Shown here: positions 43,881 to 53,440 of the stretch, piece by piece | How positions within the stretch are numbered: the first letter of the stretch is position 1 | Layout of the letters: each line of letters starts with the position of its first letter | Assembly: GCA_036569045.1 (NCBI GenBank) | Contig: DATCRI010000087.1 | Location: 381-64,380 of the forward strand | DNA: 64,000 nt | Reading direction: 5' to 3' | Origin: Chthoniobacterales bacterium | Lineage (GTDB): Bacteria > Verrucomicrobiota > Verrucomicrobiia > Chthoniobacterales > JAATET01 | Made by a program: the position numbers and the translations under genes | The notes under the pieces: generated by a model | What the model saw: only the letters and a program-made list of their open reading frames with translations | Database searches by the model: none | What the model was told of the DNA's origin: nothing

Positions 43881-45383
43881 ATGGAAGCGGTTTTTAACAA
43901 CTACGTCTGGAGCGTCAGCTATTTGCTGGTGTTGATCGGTTTGTCGGCTTACGGAATTCACCGCTGGTCGATCATCCATCTATTCCTCAAGCACATCCGC
44001 AAGGACGTGCAGCCCGCCGGGCATTTCGACGATCTGCCGACGGTCACCGTCCAGCTCCCCCTCTACAACGAATATTACGTTATCCGGCGGTTGCTCAACG
44101 CCGTGGCGAAGCTCGATTACCCCCACGACAAGCTCCAGATTCAGGTCCTTGACGATTCGACGGACGAAACCCGCGCTGTCGCGGAAGCCGAGTGCGATCG
44201 TCTCCGCGCCACCGGCCTCGACATCGTCCACATCCACCGGACGGACCGCACCGGTTTCAAGGCCGGCGCCCTCGAAAACGGCCTCATCACCGCCAAGGGC
44301 GACTTCATTTTCATTCTCGACGCGGATTTCGTCCCGCAACCGGACGTGCTCAAGCAGTCCATCCACTACTTCACCGACGAGAAGATCGGCATGGTGCAGA
44401 TGCGCTGGGGCCACATCAATCGCAACGATTCGCTCCTCACCCGCATCCAGGCCATGTTCCTCGACGGCCACCTGCTTCTGGAGCAAACCGCCCGCTGCCG
44501 CAGCGGCCGCTTCTTCAATTTCAACGGCACCGCCGGCATCTGGCGCCGCCAGGCCATCGACGACGCTGGCGGCTGGCACCACGACACGCTCACCGAGGAT
44601 CTCGATCTCAGCTACCGCTCGCAGCTCGCCGGCTGGAAATTCGAATTCCTGCCGAACATCATCATCCCGGCCGAGTTGCCGCCGGACATGAACGGCTTCA
44701 AGAGCCAGCAGCACCGCTGGACGAAGGGCTCCATCCAGACCTGCAAGAAGATGCTCAGCACGATCTGGGCGGCAAAGATTCCGTTCATCCTCAAGGTCGA
44801 GGCCACGATGCACCTCACGTCGAACTTCGGCTACCTGCTCCTCGCGCTCCTCTGCGTGCTCATGCTCCCGCAGACGATGTCGAACCATCACAGCAGCGGC
44901 ATGTGGCGCACCTGGCTGATCGATCTGCCGATCTTCTTCGCCACCACCGTCTCGATCGCCACGTTCTACATCTGCGCCCAGCGGCACCTGAATCCAAAGG
45001 GCTGGATGCGCGACATGCTCTACCTCCCGATGCTCCTCTCGCTCGCGATCGGCATGTCGGTGAACAACGCCAAGGCCGTGCTCGAAGCCCTCATCAATCA
45101 CCAGACCGGCTTCACCCGCACTCCGAAATACGGTTCCACCGTCACCCCGCGCGCCACGAAACGCCGCGCCTACCTTCCGATGAAATCCCTCCTTCCGATC
45201 ATCGAGATGCTCTTCGCCCTCTATTTTGCCTACTGCACCTCGAAGGCCCTGCTCGCCGGGGAATTCACCTCCGTGCCGTTCCTGCTCCTCTTCTTCGTGG
45301 GCTTTTCCTACGTCGCTGGCAAATCCGCCATCGCCTGGCTGCCCTCGTTCGCCCCGCCCTCCGCCACCCCGGCCACCGCCTAG
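43881..45383 (+). CDS. processive family-2 glycosyltransferase (CslA/CslC-like beta-glycan synthase type)
   Basis: N-terminal TM helix. TVQLPLYNE. VLDDSTDET. ILDADF. TEDLDLSYR. QQHRWTKG (QxxRW). Then 4-5 C-terminal TM helices. Confidence 0.85.
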   Translation: MEAVFNNYVWSVSYLLVLIGLSAYGIHRWSIIHLFLKHIRKDVQPAGHFDDLPTVTVQLPLYNEYYVIRRLLNAVAKLDYPHDKLQIQVLDDSTDETRAVAEAECDRLRATGLDIVHIHRTDRTGFKAGALENGLITAKGDFIFILDADFVPQPDVLKQSIHYFTDEKIGMVQMRWGHINRNDSLLTRIQAMFLDGHLLLEQTARCRSGRFFNFNGTAGIWRRQAIDDAGGWHHDTLTEDLDLSYRSQLAGWKFEFLPNIIIPAELPPDMNGFKSQQHRWTKGSIQTCKKMLSTIWAAKIPFILKVEATMHLTSNFGYLLLALLCVLMLPQTMSNHHSSGMWRTWLIDLPIFFATTVSIATFYICAQRHLNPKGWMRDMLYLPMLLSLAIGMSVNNAKAVLEALINHQTGFTRTPKYGSTVTPRATKRRAYLPMKSLLPIIEMLFALYFAYCTSKALLAGEFTSVPFLLLFFVGFSYVAGKSAIAWLPSFAPPSATPATA

Positions 45384-46763
45384 GTGGACGCCCGTTGGAC
45401 GCCGCGCGAGCGGCTCTTTTTCTGGGGACTGTTCGCGGCCGGGATCGCGTGGAATGTCTTCGCGCTGCTCCTCTCGGCCGGGTGGAGCCTCGATGACGAA
45501 CTCTCCCACTACCTGCGCTCCCGCAGCGTCTGGGAAAATCCCGCCCTCATCTTCGATGCGTGGACGCGGATCGGCCGCAACCTCTTCCATGTTCTCCCCG
45601 CGCCCTTCGGCCTCACCGCCACGCGTCTCTGGACCCTCGCCTTCGCCGCACTCTCGGTCCTGTTGACCACCCGGCTCGCCGCCCGGCTCGAGGCTCCCCG
45701 CACCTGGCTCATCCCGCTCCTTCTCTGTTTCCAGCCGTGGTTCGTCGAGCTCTCTTGGGGCGTCCTCACCCAGCTCCCGTTCCTGCTTCTGCTCATTGGC
45801 GGCGTGCTCGGGCTTTCCGCGAACCGCCTCATCCTCTCCGGTCTCTGTTTCGGGGCGCTTCCGCTCGTCCGTCACGAAGGCATCGCCCTCACCGCGCTCT
45901 GGGGCGTCCTCGTCGCCGGCCGCACGCTGCTCGTTTCGCCTCGCGCCTTCCTCCGCCCCCTCGCTGCCGTCGTCTTCTCGACCGCGCCCATGGCCGCCTA
46001 CAATCTCGCCGCCTGGCTCGCCCTCGGCGAATTGCCCTCACGCCTCCTTCTCTCCGCCAAGCCCACCGAAATCTACGGCCACGGCCCCCTCTGGCACTTC
46101 ATCCCCATCTCCATCCTTCCCGCCGGCGTCTTCACCCTCGCCCTGCTCGCGGTTGGAACGCCCGCCCTTCTGCGCCAATGGCGCGCCACCTGGACGCTCC
46201 TCTTTTTCCCCGCCTACTTCGGCCTCCACACCCTCATCTACTGGCAGGGCCTCTTCGCATCCGGCGGTTACTACCACTTCCTCATGCCCATGGCGCCCGG
46301 CCTTGCCGTCGGCGCTCTCTTCGGCGCAAACGCCCTCCTCGACCGCCCCGATCGAAAATCTCGCCGCGTCGCAATCGGCCTTCTCGTCGGCGCCGTCGTC
46401 CAGGGCCTGCTCCTCGTTCATCTCTGGCGCGACGGCCGGCCGCACCTCACCGTTATCCGCGATCCGATCGTTCACGCCATCGATGAAGCCTTCACCTGGC
46501 AAAAGCAGAACCGTCCCCACGCCACGGTCGTCTGCCACCACATCTACGCCGCCTGGCGCGAAGACTGGATCGAGACGCCCGCTCGCCGGCAGCTCGACAA
46601 CACCCCGCCCCCGCAGCTCCCCGGCGGCACAATCGTCCTCTGGGACGAGAAATACGCCGACCTCACCGGCCTTCCCCTTGCCACCCTGCAGGCAGATCCC
46701 GCCTGGCAGCCCGTCGCCAGCTTCGGCAACGGCTCCGTCCAGATTTTCGAAAAAGTTCACTGA
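45384..46763 (+). CDS. polytopic GT-C / PMT_2-like glycosyltransferase-fold membrane protein
   Basis: GTG start immediately after the GT2 stop. About 11 TM helices. Acidic first-loop motif WSLDDELSHYLRS, as in ArnT/PMT-type lipid-linked-sugar transferases. Soluble C-terminal domain. Confidence 0.6.
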   Translation: MDARWTPRERLFFWGLFAAGIAWNVFALLLSAGWSLDDELSHYLRSRSVWENPALIFDAWTRIGRNLFHVLPAPFGLTATRLWTLAFAALSVLLTTRLAARLEAPRTWLIPLLLCFQPWFVELSWGVLTQLPFLLLLIGGVLGLSANRLILSGLCFGALPLVRHEGIALTALWGVLVAGRTLLVSPRAFLRPLAAVVFSTAPMAAYNLAAWLALGELPSRLLLSAKPTEIYGHGPLWHFIPISILPAGVFTLALLAVGTPALLRQWRATWTLLFFPAYFGLHTLIYWQGLFASGGYYHFLMPMAPGLAVGALFGANALLDRPDRKSRRVAIGLLVGAVVQGLLLVHLWRDGRPHLTVIRDPIVHAIDEAFTWQKQNRPHATVVCHHIYAAWREDWIETPARRQLDNTPPPQLPGGTIVLWDEKYADLTGLPLATLQADPAWQPVASFGNGSVQIFEKVH

Positions 46764-46804
46764 TTGATTCGCGCCGCCGGACCGCTGCGCTATCGTTCCT
46801 CCCC

Positions 46805-47335
46805 ATGAATTTTCGGATCGCCCTGCCTCTGCTCGCCGCCCTCCTCCTTCTCGGCGGCTGCGCGGAGGACAAGCGCCACGTCATCATCATCAATGTCCCT
46901 GCCCAGCAGATGACCGTGCTCGACGAAGGCCGCCCCATCGCCACCTACCCGGTCTCCACCTCGAAATTCGGCGTCGGCGACCGCCCCGGCAGCAACTGCA
47001 CCCCCCTCGGCACCTTCAAGATTCGCAAAAAAATCGGCGCCGACGCCCCGTCGGGCATGAAGTTCAAGGACCGCCGACCCACCGGCGATATCGTGGCCGT
47101 CGACGCGCCCGGTCGCGACCCCATCGTCACGCGCATCCTCTGGCTCGACGGCCTCGAGCCCGGGAATCGAAACGCCTACTCCCGCCACATCTACATCCAC
47201 GGCACTCCCGAGGAGCGTAACATCGGCATTCCGGCCAGCTTCGGCTGCATTCGCATGCGCTCGCGCGACGTCATCGCCCTGTTCGACACCGTCGGCGTCG
47301 GCGCCCGCGTGAAAGTCGTGACTGGCGGCTTGTGA
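46805..47335 (+). CDS. L,D-transpeptidase (YkuD domain) lipoprotein
   Basis: Lipobox MNFRIALPLLAALLLLGGC. YkuD catalytic motif HIYIHGTPEERNIGIPASFGCIRMRSRDV. Confidence 0.88.
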   Translation: MNFRIALPLLAALLLLGGCAEDKRHVIIINVPAQQMTVLDEGRPIATYPVSTSKFGVGDRPGSNCTPLGTFKIRKKIGADAPSGMKFKDRRPTGDIVAVDAPGRDPIVTRILWLDGLEPGNRNAYSRHIYIHGTPEERNIGIPASFGCIRMRSRDVIALFDTVGVGARVKVVTGGL

Positions 47336-47417
47336 AGAAACCGCGAAAGACGCACTCTTGAACGCCACCACGGCCGAATCCCTTCGTTCCTAGTTTCAGA
47401 TACCAATCACCGTTTTC

Positions 47418-49322
47418 ATGGGTTCTTCCAATCCCCTGCCCCGCTGGCTCTCCACGATTCTCTGGGGAAATTCCGTCGCTCTCTCCTGGATGTGGGGCCT
47501 TGGACTGTTCTTCTCGGTCCAGTTCACCACGCAGTTCGGCCTTTTCGGCCTCCTTGCCTTCGCGATTCCGAACTTCATCGGCCTCATGGCCTTCGGCCTC
47601 GTCACCCAGCAAATCGCCAACCGCCAGAAAAACAAGGGATCCGAGGCTCTCGCGCAGTTCTTCGTCGCCTGGTCGCGACCGTTCCGGCTGGTTTTCTTCC
47701 TCTACCAGATCCTCGCCCTCTCGCTCACGATCTTCGCGATCATGCGCTACGTCGTGATGCCGCTGCAGCTCCCGCTTGCGTTCCTCTACCTCCCGCTCGC
47801 CCTTCTCGTCATCCTCGCCGCGGCCGTCCTCTTCGGTGAGGAGTTCAACATCAAACGCATCAAGTTCAGCCACGGCGCGCTCTTCCTCGTGCTCCTCGCC
47901 GCGCTTGGCATCATCTTCAGCTCACTCGGAAAATTCGGCGCCGTCTCCACGGTGGAATGGACCCCGCAGCCCACGGGCAGCTGGAGCTTCTGGGGCTACT
48001 TCGTGCCGATCTTCATCGGCTTCCTCGTGGGCCCGTGGCTCGATCTCCAGCAATGGCAGCGCGCCATCCAGATGCACCGCGAGCGCGTCTCGGTCGGCTG
48101 GGGCTACGTCTTCGGCAGCCTGCAATTCTTCGCGCTCCTCCTCGTGCACGGCGGCCTCACGCTCTGGGCGCTCGGGCTCGGCGGCAAGGAGCTCTTCCAC
48201 ACCGGCGTCGAGGGCTTCACCTACGGCCACGACATGCTGCTCAAGTTTTTCTATGCCAGCATCGACGTCCATCCCGTCGTCTTCTCGGCCTACTGCGTTT
48301 TCATCGCCATCTGCATCCTCACCACGCTCGACAGCGGCTATATCGCCATCCGCTGGTTCCTCCAGTCGAACGTGAACACCAGCAACGCCGCCATCCTCTC
48401 GCTCATTCCGGCGAAACTCATCACCTCGCCGATCCCCGCTCTCCTGCTCTGCGGCGTCATCGCGCTCGTCTGCACCGTCGTCGGGCTCGACCTCGAGTAT
48501 TTCATGATCTTCTTCGCAACGTTCCTCGTCGGCTACGAGGTGCTCGGCGTCGCCCGCTGCTACGTCTACAGCCCGGCGAACGCGATCCCACAGATCAAGA
48601 TGTTCTGCATCGGCTCGGTGGCCGTCGTCATCTTCGCCTTCGGCTATCTCCAGTCGCTGCCCGGGCTCCAGATCATCGGCTCGCTGCTCCCGCTCGGCTA
48701 CGTCTTCTGGCTCCTCATCAAACCGACCTCGGCCGAGGAATTTGTGTCGAACACCGAGGAGCTCGAGTCTCCCTCGCAATCCGGCGCCGTGCTTCCCGCC
48801 TCCGCTCCCGCCGCGCCCGTGGCCACGTCCCTCCCCGCCGCGATCTCCTCTGCCGTGCAACATCCCGTCGCCGCCGCCGCCGCCGCGCTCGGCATTCACG
48901 ACCTCACCGGACACTTCGAGGACAAGTGGTTCGTCCATTCGTTCGTCGCGACCTACGCGGACACCAACTCCGTCGGCAACGTCTACTTCGGCATGTATGC
49001 CATGTGGGTCGGCAAGACGCGCGAGCTGTTCTTCAACAAGGTCATGCCGAAGTTCAACCTCAAGGACACGCCGTTCTACATCCTCACGCGGTCCTTCGAG
49101 CACAAGTTCGTCCGCGAGACCCGCGAGTTCGAGACCGTGAAGGTGAAAATCAAGATCGCCGGCTTCAACCGGAAGTTCGTCACGCTCGCCCACGAAATCT
49201 ACGACTCGCACGAGCAACTTCTCGGCAAGGGCCAGCAAAGTCTGCTCTTCGTTTCCTCGACCGATTACCACATGCTCGACATCCCGCCCGATGTCCATGC
49301 GGCCTTCATTGTGCACGCCTGA
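47418..49322 (+). CDS. fusion protein: about 12-TM transporter-like domain + C-terminal 4HBT/hotdog acyl-CoA thioesterase domain
   Basis: Residues 1 to about 430 form many hydrophobic helices. An Ala/Pro-rich linker follows (LPASAPAAPVATSLPAAISSAV). The last 130 aa or so, FVHSFVATYADTNSVGNVYFGMYAMWVGKTRELFF...FVTLAHEIYD...LLGKGQQSLLFV, resemble YbgC/4HBT thioesterases. Confidence 0.65.
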   Translation: MGSSNPLPRWLSTILWGNSVALSWMWGLGLFFSVQFTTQFGLFGLLAFAIPNFIGLMAFGLVTQQIANRQKNKGSEALAQFFVAWSRPFRLVFFLYQILALSLTIFAIMRYVVMPLQLPLAFLYLPLALLVILAAAVLFGEEFNIKRIKFSHGALFLVLLAALGIIFSSLGKFGAVSTVEWTPQPTGSWSFWGYFVPIFIGFLVGPWLDLQQWQRAIQMHRERVSVGWGYVFGSLQFFALLLVHGGLTLWALGLGGKELFHTGVEGFTYGHDMLLKFFYASIDVHPVVFSAYCVFIAICILTTLDSGYIAIRWFLQSNVNTSNAAILSLIPAKLITSPIPALLLCGVIALVCTVVGLDLEYFMIFFATFLVGYEVLGVARCYVYSPANAIPQIKMFCIGSVAVVIFAFGYLQSLPGLQIIGSLLPLGYVFWLLIKPTSAEEFVSNTEELESPSQSGAVLPASAPAAPVATSLPAAISSAVQHPVAAAAAALGIHDLTGHFEDKWFVHSFVATYADTNSVGNVYFGMYAMWVGKTRELFFNKVMPKFNLKDTPFYILTRSFEHKFVRETREFETVKVKIKIAGFNRKFVTLAHEIYDSHEQLLGKGQQSLLFVSSTDYHMLDIPPDVHAAFIVHA

Positions 49323-49329
49323 TCGATCG

Positions 49330-50742
49330 ATGACGGCCCGGCGGAAATTCCCCCGCGATCGCGCCCTCCTCATCGGCCTCGCCGGCGTATCGCTGGCCCT
49401 CGCCGGCTGCGAAAAGCCGGTGCCGCCGCCCCCACCGACGCCGACGCCCGCCCCCTCGGTCACTCCGCGTCCCACCGCGACGCCGCGACCCTCCCCCACC
49501 GCGACGCCGGTTCCCGTGATCGACCGCAAGCGGCTGAGCGTCTCCGAGCTGTTCAACGACATCCAGGTCGTCAGCGAAATCGACGCCGTCCGCAGCCCGG
49601 AAACCGCTTCGCAGGACCGCACCCAGCCCGGCAGCTACGGCCTTCACCTCACCCTCAAGGTCGACGTCCCCGCCCCCAGCCACACGCTCGAGCAGATCAC
49701 CCGCAACGACGCCACGCTGCCCGCGGCCCTGCCCGGCCTCGCGGCCCTGCTCTCCGACGCAAAAACCTCCGCCGCCTTCGAGCAGCTCTACGCCCTCAAG
49801 CTCGACTATCTCAAAGCCCGCCTCTCGCGGCTCGACACCCTGCTCGACCGCCACAACTTCTACGATTGCGAGACCATCCTCGAACTCCGCAATCCCGCCA
49901 CCGGCCGCCGCGCGCTCTTCCTCCAGGGCGACATGGACGTGAATACCGATGGCTCCGACGGCGACCGCAATTTCCCCGTCGAGCCCGGCTCCGTTTTCTT
50001 CCAGCCCCAGACCAGCTACCGCTGGAAGCGCCAGACCGACCGGCCCAACCCCTTTCTCGCTCCCACCCAGGCAAGGCTCGCAATCAACCGCGCCGAACTC
50101 GCCAAAAATCCCGCCCCCGCCCGCCGCGCCGTCCTCCGCGACGCCATCGAGCGCGACACCGCCATCATCTACGAGCTGCAGCGCTACAGCTTCCTCATCG
50201 CGGGCAACGACCCCTACATTGTGCTCCCCGGCTTCATGGTCCGCAATGCCACCGGCCCCTTCGCCCCGGCCATCGGCGACTACGCTGCCGTCGTGCATGG
50301 CGGCATCGTCTACCCCGCCATTCTTGGCGATGTCGGCCCCTCCTTCAAATTCGGCGAGGCCGCCATCCGGCTCTGCCAGCAGATCAACCCCCGCTCCACC
50401 GCCAACTCGCGCCCGGTAAGCAGCCTCAAAGTCACCTACCTCGTCTTCCCTGGCACGAAGGAAGCCGCGGCCGGACCCCCGGATCTCGCCAAATGGCGCG
50501 CCCGCTGCGAGGAGCTCTTCAAGGATCTCGGACTCCAGCCGAGTCAGATCCACTCCTGGGAAAGCCTCATCCAGCCTTGGCCGACCCCGACGCCAACTCC
50601 CACACCCACGCCGTCTCCCTCGCCGAGCCCGACCGCCAGCCCGTCTCCAGACTCCTCACCCAGCGCGACCCCGTCGCCGAGCGCGTCGCCCTCGCCGACC
50701 ATCCCGCCATCTCCATCCCCCTCTCCGGCAACGACCCCGTAA
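49330..50742 (+). CDS. lipoprotein with GH75 (chitosanase-like) motifs and Pro/Thr/Ser-rich N- and C-terminal tails
   Basis: ATG at 49330 gives MTARRKFPRDRALLIGLAGVSLALAGC (lipobox). LFLQGDMDVNTDGSDGDRNF and AAVVHGGIVYPAILGDVGPSFKFGEAAIRLCQQI resemble the DMD.DCDG and GD.GP..IGEASI motifs of glycoside hydrolase family 75. The tail is PTPTPTPTPTPSPSPSPTASPSP.... Confidence 0.5.
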   Translation: MTARRKFPRDRALLIGLAGVSLALAGCEKPVPPPPPTPTPAPSVTPRPTATPRPSPTATPVPVIDRKRLSVSELFNDIQVVSEIDAVRSPETASQDRTQPGSYGLHLTLKVDVPAPSHTLEQITRNDATLPAALPGLAALLSDAKTSAAFEQLYALKLDYLKARLSRLDTLLDRHNFYDCETILELRNPATGRRALFLQGDMDVNTDGSDGDRNFPVEPGSVFFQPQTSYRWKRQTDRPNPFLAPTQARLAINRAELAKNPAPARRAVLRDAIERDTAIIYELQRYSFLIAGNDPYIVLPGFMVRNATGPFAPAIGDYAAVVHGGIVYPAILGDVGPSFKFGEAAIRLCQQINPRSTANSRPVSSLKVTYLVFPGTKEAAAGPPDLAKWRARCEELFKDLGLQPSQIHSWESLIQPWPTPTPTPTPTPSPSPSPTASPSPDSSPSATPSPSASPSPTIPPSPSPSPATTP

Positions 50743-50790
50743 CCGCATTTTGCTTTAGCCTTTCGCCTCCAGCGTCCAGCCTTTCGCCAC

Positions 50791-51537
50791 ATGTCCGACT
50801 ATCTTCACTCCGCGGTGGAAGCCGCCCAGGCCGCTGGCGGCCTGCTCCGCGCCAACTTCGGTCGCAAGCTCACCGTCGACGAAAACCTCGCCCACGACAT
50901 CAAGCTCGAGCTCGACAAGCGTTCTCAGACGCTCATCGAGTCGCTCCTGCTCGCCCGCTATCCCGACCACGCCATCTACGGCGAAGAAGGCATTCGCGGC
51001 GACCAGGACAGCGAATACCAGTGGATCATCGATCCCATCGACGGCACCGTGAACTTCTTCTACGGCGTCGCCCACTTCGCCGTCTCGATTGCCCTGCGCC
51101 ACGCCGGCAAGATCATCGTCGGCGTCATCTACGATCCCATCCGCGACGAACTCTGGGCCGTCGAAGCCGGACAGCCCGCCACGCTCAACGGCCTGCCCAT
51201 CGCCGTCAGCGACCGCACCGCACTCGGGGAAGCCATCGTCTCCGTCGGCGTTTCCAAGACGCTCGAGTCCGTGAACGCCAGCCTCCCGATCTTCACCCGC
51301 ATGGTCCGCGAGGCCAAAAAGTGCCGCATGATGGGCTCCGCCTCGCTCGACGTCGCCTACGTCGCCTGCGGCCGTCTCGATGCCTACATCGAAGGCCAGA
51401 TCAGCCTCTGGGACATCGCCGCCGGCCTGCTCCTCGTCGAGGCTGCGGGCGGCAAGGTCGACCTGAAGCCCCACGCCACGTTGCCGGAGAAATACGCGAT
51501 CGTCGCCACCAGCGGCCGCATCGACTTCGGAGTTTGA
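50791..51537 (+). CDS. inositol monophosphatase family protein
   Basis: IYGEEG...WIIDPIDGTVNFFYGVAHFAVSIAL...MMGSASLDVAYVACGRLDAYIE...WDIAAG are the IMPase/SuhB signature motifs. Confidence 0.9.
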   Translation: MSDYLHSAVEAAQAAGGLLRANFGRKLTVDENLAHDIKLELDKRSQTLIESLLLARYPDHAIYGEEGIRGDQDSEYQWIIDPIDGTVNFFYGVAHFAVSIALRHAGKIIVGVIYDPIRDELWAVEAGQPATLNGLPIAVSDRTALGEAIVSVGVSKTLESVNASLPIFTRMVREAKKCRMMGSASLDVAYVACGRLDAYIEGQISLWDIAAGLLLVEAAGGKVDLKPHATLPEKYAIVATSGRIDFGV

Positions 51538-51572
51538 TAGGTCCTCCGCGACCTGTAGGACATATAAGACCT

Positions 51573-52049
51573 ATGAATACTGTTGGCATCGGCTACGACG
51601 TCCATCGCTTCGCGGAATATCGCCCTCTCGTCCTCGGCGGCATCGAGATCCCTCACGATCGCGGACTCGATGGCCATTCCGACGCTGATGTCCTCTCCCA
51701 CGCCATCGCCGACGCCATCCTCGGCGCGGCCGGCGAGCTCGACATCGGTCACTTTTTCCCGAACACCGACGAATCCATCCGCGGCATCAGCAGCCTGGAA
51801 ATCCTTCGCCGCGTGCGCGAGACCCTCGCCGGCAAATCCGTCGAAATCATCAATATCGACGCCACCGTCATCGCCGAGGAGCCCAAGATCGCCCCGCATC
51901 TCGCCGGCATGAAGGCCGCGCTCTCCGAGGCCCTCCTCCTCGCGCCCGAGCGCATCGGCATCAAGGCCACCACCAACGAAGGCATGGGCTTCCTCGGTCG
52001 CGGCGAGGGCATCGCCGCCATGGCCGTGGCCAGCGTCAACCGTCCGTAA
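51573..52049 (+). CDS. ispF: 2-C-methyl-D-erythritol 2,4-cyclodiphosphate synthase
   Basis: ATG at 51573, in frame within the over-long track ORF 49866-52049. VGIGYDVHRF...LVLGGIEIPHDRGLDGHSDADVLSHAIADAILGA...DIGHFFP...KATTNEGMGFLGRGEGIAA is the IspF signature. Confidence 0.93.
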   Translation: MNTVGIGYDVHRFAEYRPLVLGGIEIPHDRGLDGHSDADVLSHAIADAILGAAGELDIGHFFPNTDESIRGISSLEILRRVRETLAGKSVEIINIDATVIAEEPKIAPHLAGMKAALSEALLLAPERIGIKATTNEGMGFLGRGEGIAAMAVASVNRP

Positions 52050-53435
52050 ATGGCGCTGCAGTTCTTCAACACGCTCACCCGCCAGGTCGAGCCCTTCGCC
52101 CCGCGCGAGGAAGGGCGCGTCTCGCTCTACACCTGCGGCCCGACCGTCTACAACTACGCCCACATCGGGAATTTCCGCGCCTACGCCTTCGAGGATCTCC
52201 TCCAGCGCCACCTCGAGTTCCGCGGCTATGCCGTCACCCGCGTGATGAACCTCACCGACGTGGACGACAAGACGATCCGCGGCTGCCGCGCCGCCGCCGT
52301 CCCGCTCGCCGAGTTCACGCAGCCATTCAAGCAGGCCTTCTTCGCCGACCTCGAAACGCTGCGCATCAGGAAGGCCCACCACTTCCCCGAGGCCACCGCT
52401 GCGAATCACATCGCGCGCATGATCGCGATGATCGGCACGCTCATCGAGCGCGGCCACGCCTACCGCGCCGAGGACGGCAGCGTCTATTTCCGCATCGCCA
52501 GCTTCCCCGCCTACGGGCGGCTCGCGCACCTCAATCTCGACGAACTCCGCCCCGGCGCTCGCGTCGCCGCCGACGAATACGAGAAGGAGAACATCGGCGA
52601 CTTCGCGCTCTGGAAGGCCTGGGACGAAGCCGACGGCGACGTCGCCTGGGACAGTCCATGGGGCCGCGGCCGGCCCGGCTGGCACATCGAATGCAGCGCC
52701 ATGGCCACTGGCATCCTTGGCCCGCAGATCGACATCCATTGCGGCGGAGAGGACAACATCTTCCCGCACCACGAGGCCGAGATCGCGCAGACGGAATGCG
52801 TCACCGGCGAGCCTTTCGTCCGCCTCTGGATGCACTGCAAGCATCTCCTCGTGGACAATCAGAAGATGTCCAAGAGCGCCGGCAATTTCTACACGCTCCG
52901 CGACCTCCTCGAGAAAGGCCGCACCGGGCGCGAGGTCCGCTACGCCCTGCTCTCCGTCAAATACCGCGAGCCGCTCAACTTCACCTTCGAAGGCCTCGAC
53001 GCCGCCCGCAGCGCCCTCGCGCGCCTCGACGAATGGAGCCGCCGCCTCGACGAGGCCGCCGGTCCCAGCGCCGAGCCGGTCGACCTCGACCTCGAGGCCT
53101 TCGGCACCGCCCTTGACGACGACCTGAACATCTCCGCCGCCCTCGGCGCCGTCTTCGAAATCATCCGCGAAACGAACAAGCGCCTTGACGCCGGCACGCT
53201 CACCCCCGGCCAGGCTCGCACGCTAGCAAACTGGCGCGACCAGGTGCAGACCGTCCTCGCCCTCGAGCCCAAGGTCGCCGCCATCCCGCCCGAGGTCGAG
53301 GCCCTGCTCGCCGAGCGCGCCGCCGCCCGCACCGCAAAGAATTTCGCCGAAAGCGACCGCCTCCGCGACGCCATCGCCGCCCTCGGCTGGACGGTGAAGG
53401 ACACGAAAGAAGGCCAGAAGGTGTCAAAGAGCTAA
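52050..53435 (+). CDS. cysS: cysteine--tRNA ligase
   Basis: LYTCGPTVYNYAHIGNFRAY (HIGH-type motif), WHIECSAM, and KMSKSAGNF. Full length, 461 aa. Confidence 0.95.
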   Translation: MALQFFNTLTRQVEPFAPREEGRVSLYTCGPTVYNYAHIGNFRAYAFEDLLQRHLEFRGYAVTRVMNLTDVDDKTIRGCRAAAVPLAEFTQPFKQAFFADLETLRIRKAHHFPEATAANHIARMIAMIGTLIERGHAYRAEDGSVYFRIASFPAYGRLAHLNLDELRPGARVAADEYEKENIGDFALWKAWDEADGDVAWDSPWGRGRPGWHIECSAMATGILGPQIDIHCGGEDNIFPHHEAEIAQTECVTGEPFVRLWMHCKHLLVDNQKMSKSAGNFYTLRDLLEKGRTGREVRYALLSVKYREPLNFTFEGLDAARSALARLDEWSRRLDEAAGPSAEPVDLDLEAFGTALDDDLNISAALGAVFEIIRETNKRLDAGTLTPGQARTLANWRDQVQTVLALEPKVAAIPPEVEALLAERAAARTAKNFAESDRLRDAIAALGWTVKDTKEGQKVSKS

Positions 53436-53440
53436 AAAAA

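Noticed and set aside
50575-50742. Pro/Thr/Ser-rich repetitive stretch (PTPTPTPTPTPSPSPSPTASPSP...). A similar stretch lies at 49420-49520.
   Set aside because: It is in frame within the lipoprotein CDS. I interpret it as a low-complexity linker or tail, not as an independent repeat element or mobile sequence.
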